Positions 34,085 through 39,372 of a DNA stretch of 39,372 nt are shown piece by piece (position 1 is the stretch's first letter; every line of letters starts with the position of its first letter). A model generated the notes under the pieces. That model saw only the letters and a program-made list of their open reading frames with translations. It had not been told where the DNA came from and did no database searches. The DNA comes from Nemertoderma westbladi (lineage: Eukaryota; Animalia; Xenacoelomorpha). The translations under genes were made by a program, and so were the position numbers. The stretch is from positions 1 to 39,372 of the forward strand of contig JAUCBJ010006188.1 of the NCBI GenBank assembly GCA_032718475.1, read 5' to 3'.

Positions 34085-34666
34085 TGGCTACTTTATTGCA
34101 CTACGATACTTGTGACTGTTGTAGGTGTACAATGTACAGCCGTACAATGTACAGCCGTACAATGTACAGCCGTACAATGTACAGCCGTACAATGTACAGC
34201 CGTACAATGTACAGCTCTACAATGTACAGCCGTACAATGTACAGCCGTACAATGTACAGCCGTACATTGTACAGCCGTACAATGTACAGCCGTACAATGT
34301 ACAGCCGTACAATGTAGAATGTAGCTACATGATATCGATGTAATCAAAACAAAGTTTCATTCAAACCGACGCACTATTACTAAAATGTACCATTAATTAA
34401 ATTGCAATAAACAATTAATTTCCTAATCTAAAATTATCGTACTTGGTGTTATATATATCGCATTTCATATCATTAATTAATAATATAGGCCGCCTACTAC
34501 ATTCAATGTTATGAGAATCTGCTGATGAATGTACAATACAATGTACGACAACAAATATATTCTGACTTTATTTCATACCGAATATATACGCCATAAAGGC
34601 CAATAATATATATTACATGATATGTTCGAGTAAAGAATAAGTTTCAAAGTGCAATAAAAGTAGCCA
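34085..34666. mobile_element. Inverted-repeat-bounded element enclosing the 15-bp satellite
   Basis: tggctactttattgcact (34085-34102) vs agtgcaataaaagtagcca (34648-34666); no TSD identified. Confidence 0.5.
34127..34317. repeat. 15-bp minisatellite (gtacaatgtacagcc), about 12.5 copies
   Basis: Direct reading; overlapping ORFs are 5-aa periodic artefacts. Confidence 0.96.
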
Positions 34667-34892
34667 GAAATAATGAAAATTAAGTTTCATTTCACATTAA
34701 TATTGGATGTAGAAATATAATAATAATATAATATTCCCGATCTTCCCTTCTGAATAAAGTGCTACTTTATTTACAATACTCCATGTAGTTAAACATCGCT
34801 TTATGTAATATAGTAATGGATGATATTTGAAATCCAACATCCTCAATTATCAATTGAATGAACATGACGAATTATTCGAGTTTTACTGTCGA

Positions 34893-35211
34893 AGTCACAT
34901 TCTCTATAGTCACATTCTCTATAGTCACATTCTCTATAGTCACATTCTCTATAGTCACATTCTCTATAGTCAATAGTCACATTCTCTATAGTCACATTCT
35001 CTATAGTCACATTCTCTATAGTCACATTCTCTATAGTCACATTCTCTATAGTCACATTCTCTATAGTCACATTCTCTATAGTCACATTCTCTATAGTCAC
35101 ATTCTCTATAGTCACATTCTCTATAGTCACATTCTCTATAGTCACATTCTCTATAGTCACATTCTCTATAGTCACATTCTCTATAGTCACATTCTCTATA
35201 GTCACATTCTC
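34893..35211. repeat. 15-bp minisatellite (agtcacattctctat), about 21 copies, one partial unit near 34970
   Basis: Direct reading; essentially invariant units. Confidence 0.96.
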
Positions 35212-35611
35212 ACAAATAATCATGACAAATACAAAATATAATTATTTTTGAAATTCTTTTTTTCAGAAAGAGTTTCAAAGGTTATTCTTCGAGACATGAA
35301 ACAATCGATTACGGTTATTCCGAATATCTATAAATAACAACTGCCGTTGCAATCGAGCAAAATATAACAAATTAATTATGATAAAGGGTGTATGGGTAAC
35401 TCAATAAAGCGAACAGAAATAAAGAGATAAGAAAAAATCCACGCATTAATGGTGAGTACGATATTACGCACATGCTGAGTCGGTGTATATTAGTACAAAC
35501 TGAAAATTTGGAAATCGAGAATACGGTGATTTTTAAATAAAACTAGCACACAGGGGATGCTGGAGCCGAATAATTTATGAGTCTAACATTTGATAATAAC
35601 TATTATATACG

Positions 35612-35740
35612 TTGCCTTTGTTCATAATAGCACTTTATAGCGTTACGGCACGAGTGATTTTGTTTCCCGAGCGACAGCGAGCGAAATAATAGAAAGAGGG
35701 CCGTAAAAGCTTTAAAGTGCTAATTATGAACAATGGCGAA
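35612..35740. repeat. Imperfect ~130-bp palindrome centred on gagcgacagcgag
   Basis: ttgcctttgttcataatagcacttta pairs with taaagtgctaattatgaacaatggcgaa; ttacggc pairs with gccgtaa. Confidence 0.75.
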
Positions 35741-38439
35741 TCTAATTTTATTTATTTGTGTAGAATTATTAGTAGTTTTGCACTTAAACTTTCTAAAACA
35801 ACCTAATAATGACGCGGTGACATACTGGATATACTGGAAATACATAGTAAAATGTATGGCGTAGGGCCATACTGAGAAATAATGTCGCACTGCGATATAA
35901 AGCTGGAAAATATGTCGCCCTGGCGATTTGGTAGTGCGAAATTAATTCGACACAAATAAATAAATAAATCATACTGTTCTAGAACAGTGTGACTAAGTGT
36001 ATTAACACTTAAGTGCATAACAGCACACAAGTGGATTAGAACTGGGAGAAAAACCAAACTAGAAAAATAGAGTAAACATCAAATATAATAACTTTAATAA
36101 TAAAGATATTTGCTGCTGCGTAGTTTCGTAAAAAGCCAAAATTAACAATAAACATTTATAATATATTTCATGTTAATAATGTAATATATCACACTATAAT
36201 AACGAAACTTACAATAAACTATAATTAATTACCATATAATAAATTAGCACCCGAATAATAAACATTGATAATTATAAGTCAGTGTTTTGATTACCGACAA
36301 CAGTCAGACACCAGACAAACAACCTAATAATAAGTAACTGATCAAGCTTCATCCAATACACGGATCGTTTCAACTTATATGCATCTTGGACAAAATTAAT
36401 GTTTTGCAAAAAATAATAAAAAATGTTGGGATGACGCAATTTCATATTTCGGAGGCGGATACCGTAAGTTTTGCACTAACAAGGAAAGGAAGTATTTAGC
36501 GGCAAAAAGCCCCATTCTTTGGATTACATAATAACCTAATTTTACAGGGTGTGGAAAATTTTATATTTGGGACATAGTTTCGTAATCTGGGTGTTAAAAT
36601 TCCCACGAAAGGGAACGACACTCAGATGGCCGAATAGACTCCTTTCTTTCCACAGTTGTAAATAAAGACATAAACTTGGACTATCAACTTACATGCTTTT
36701 ATTAAAAGGAATGTTTGTGATTTTCTTTACATCAATTTACTGCTGTATTAAAAAAAAATTATTTATTTATAAAAAAAAACCTAGAATTATTCAAATACAC
36801 AAAATAATTATATATTATTAGGGGAGAAATATTATTTTTTACGATTCCGAGGTATTTTATGTACCGATCACCGGTGAAGTTAATTAAGAATCGAGATAAT
36901 AGTGAAAAATACTTATACTTTCTCCCCTTGTAATACGTTACTTTATTCTTAAATTGATAATTTTTGGTTGCTTAATTTGTTAGTGTTTGTTCCAAATGAA
37001 AGTGAACTGTTGTATATTTCTATATTGCAGTTCTTGAATCTTGAATTGCAGCTCATTTTCCATAGTTACAGCGATTCCAATTATTGTTTGATCCAACTCC
37101 TGGTGCCGCTTTATCCAATGTGAAATAATTATGAAATATTTATGACGTACCGTGCTGCGCGGAGCGTTCACTTCCCACTCTTTACTCGGTGAGTCAGAAT
37201 ATTCATATTCGGGGGATTGCGAAAAATTAACAATTTAAGAATAAAAACAATTTATATATACTTTTTAAACACTAGCAAGTATAGCTACCATCTAAAAAGC
37301 TACCATAAAAGCTAGTTAATATGAATTAACATACTACTGCTAGACATATTACAAAAACACCATCTAGGCAGCACATTTAGTTAGAACACGTAACACAATT
37401 ATAGGTACGAAAACACACGTGGTACTACAAGAGGCTGACTACAATACTATTTAATATTAATTCGATACACCCCGGGGTAGGATATAATTAAGGTGTAATA
37501 CTGGTGTAATATTAAAATAATTAATTAATAATTATTTATATATAATTAAGGTGTAATAGTTAAATGCGGGGTAAAATGGTAACCAGTAAAAATTACAGCT
37601 GATGTAATAAATATAGATAAAAACAATGAATATTTTATTCTACCATAAATGAATACTCACATCTTCACAATTAATTACAAATATAAATTTAGAGCAACAT
37701 AAAATAGTGTGGAAATAAAGCTGTATTATTTCTCGCTGTATGTTGCTGAGGCTGTTTTAGGATCTCCAGCCTGCACTACGGTCTGGGAACCCAGAACAGG
37801 CAGGTTGGAACCCATCGACTATATTTAAACCATTTTGACCCAACTGTACCATTAGGTACGAACATGGTAAATATTTAATTAAGTCAAACATCCTTTAGAG
37901 TTCTGCTTTAGTTAACAATATCCAAGTAGGCTTATGAGCTACTGCGTGACAGCTGTGCAATTAGTCTACCTGGACTAGTATATTCTCAATAACTATGCTG
38001 GGTGGCAAACCTCTTAAAAAATTTGTCATATGTCCGACCCCTGACATATCCAACCAATCACAATTAATAGGTAATTGTTTTAATACCGAATGAGATGGCT
38101 TGTTTAAAAGCCCTTAGGTACAATTTGGCCACCGGGCATGCAAGGTAAGTCTACGTTAACGGCTATGTTTACAGACTAAATCCATTCTTACAGGTAGAAT
38201 CACAGGAAGGGTACAGCTCTCCTTCAAAATAGATTAAATATTACGCGCAGGGATTATCAATTTTTACATATCTTATCAATATGTCTACGGATATAATTAA
38301 TTCATTTAATTAACGTAACCACTATCATCTAAGACACAATAATATACAATATATTTGCATCAGTATTGATTTCTATATAACGGACACACTATAATGCGTA
38401 GCGATGTAAATCTCTGTATTATAAAATGAATCTGTTTAT

Positions 38440-38740
38440 CAATCAGGACCAGTGTCGTTTAGCAGATGTTACCTATACGTTTCCTCTCACATACCGGCTG
38501 GGCCAAGAAGAACAGGCCGATAAGTTCTACGACATGTTACATCCATAGTGCCTGCAGAGTGGTGCTGGGTTTAGACAATTCTGGAAGGCCCATATCACTA
38601 TTGTTTGATTCCTTGTTTATGGGCTTTGCATTTTTATTAAATAAATGCTGAGCAGCACCCTGGTGTATGTACCATAAAGGCTCTACTGCTACTCGGAATA
38701 AACTTACCTTCAGATAAGTTTTCATTCCTGGTTATTTTCA
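38440..38740 (-). mobile_element. Highly degenerate RTE-type 3' remnant
   Basis: LKVSLFRVAVEP resembles LKVRLFRAAVVP at ~26720 and LKTKFFRSTVES in the 5.7-kb RTE; rest is broken. Confidence 0.4.
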
Positions 38741-39245
38741 AAGCCTCGACCTAAATAGTTTAAAGTTTTGACAACAAAAATTGATTTTACCGATAAATAA
38801 GACTTGTACTACAACTCGCCAGTTGTCTATTGCAGTGTTCTAAAAACACTGCGCAATTATCACGGTATTGCATCAATTCAGCTTGACATGGGATGGCAAA
38901 ATTAAAAAGTAAAACGGATAACCTTTACACGCCTGGAAGATTCTTTAGAATCTTTAGAACACCTAGCACTTGTACTGGTGGGAATCTTAAATAATAATAT
39001 CAAAATTCTTAAATTTGTATTTCCAAATATCTATAATTATAAAAAAATAATATTATATCGTATTATCTATCAACTTCTCTTCGTATTATGCAATATAGTA
39101 TTCCACACCATTTATTATTACATTTGCTAAAGTTACTCAAATATATTTTAAACATCATCTTTACACAACGATTATCCTGATATAATAATAGAAGTAATAT
39201 TACCGTAGATATGTTCAGTTGCAGTCAATCCCAATACTTTAAACA

Positions 39246-39370
39246 AACCGTCATATAACCGCTAACTGCTATAAATAACCGTCATATAACCGCTAACTGC
39301 TATAAATAACCGTCATATAACCGCTAACTGCTATAAATAACCGTCATATAACCGCTAACTGCTATAAATA
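39246..39370. repeat. 31-bp tandem repeat, 4 copies, at window end
   Basis: accgtcatataaccgctaactgctataaata repeated with period 31. Confidence 0.93.
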
Positions 39371-39372
39371 AT

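Noticed and set aside
34127-35211. Common origin of the 15-, 15- and 45-bp repeats (all multiples of 15)
   Set aside because: Unit sequences are not convincingly related; period coincidence. Their ORFs (QCTAV, ENVTI, SHILY) are artefacts.
36980-37171. Possible host exon (MENELQFKIQELQYRN)
   Set aside because: Short, no recognisable family, no partner exon identified.
38145-38193. 49-nt intron-like segment AAG|gtaagt...cttacag on the plus strand
   Set aside because: No supporting open reading frame on either side that I could establish.

Overview
AT-rich eukaryotic DNA, probably from an invertebrate (inferred from the TE content), dominated by nested retrotransposons (two CRE-like RLE fragments, two copies of one young RTE family, an L2/CR1-group LINE split by an internally deleted second LINE, and an RTEX-like 3' fragment split by a tRNA-SINE and a Harbinger MITE), plus MITEs, palindromes and minisatellites. 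The main non-TE signal is a direct duplication (~8932-13381 and ~24200-33193) carrying what reads as an unrecognised two-exon minus-strand gene of 202/206 aa (acidic N-terminus, coiled coil, C-terminal CPCPVC). In both copies the predicted exon-1 splice donor is the first unit of a 45-bp tandem array (12 units vs ~101 units), and nearly every unit re-creates a phase-0 AAG|GTTAGG donor and encodes a 15-aa peptide. The gene model and any use of these donors are inferences from sequence alone; no prokaryotic or CRISPR features are supported.
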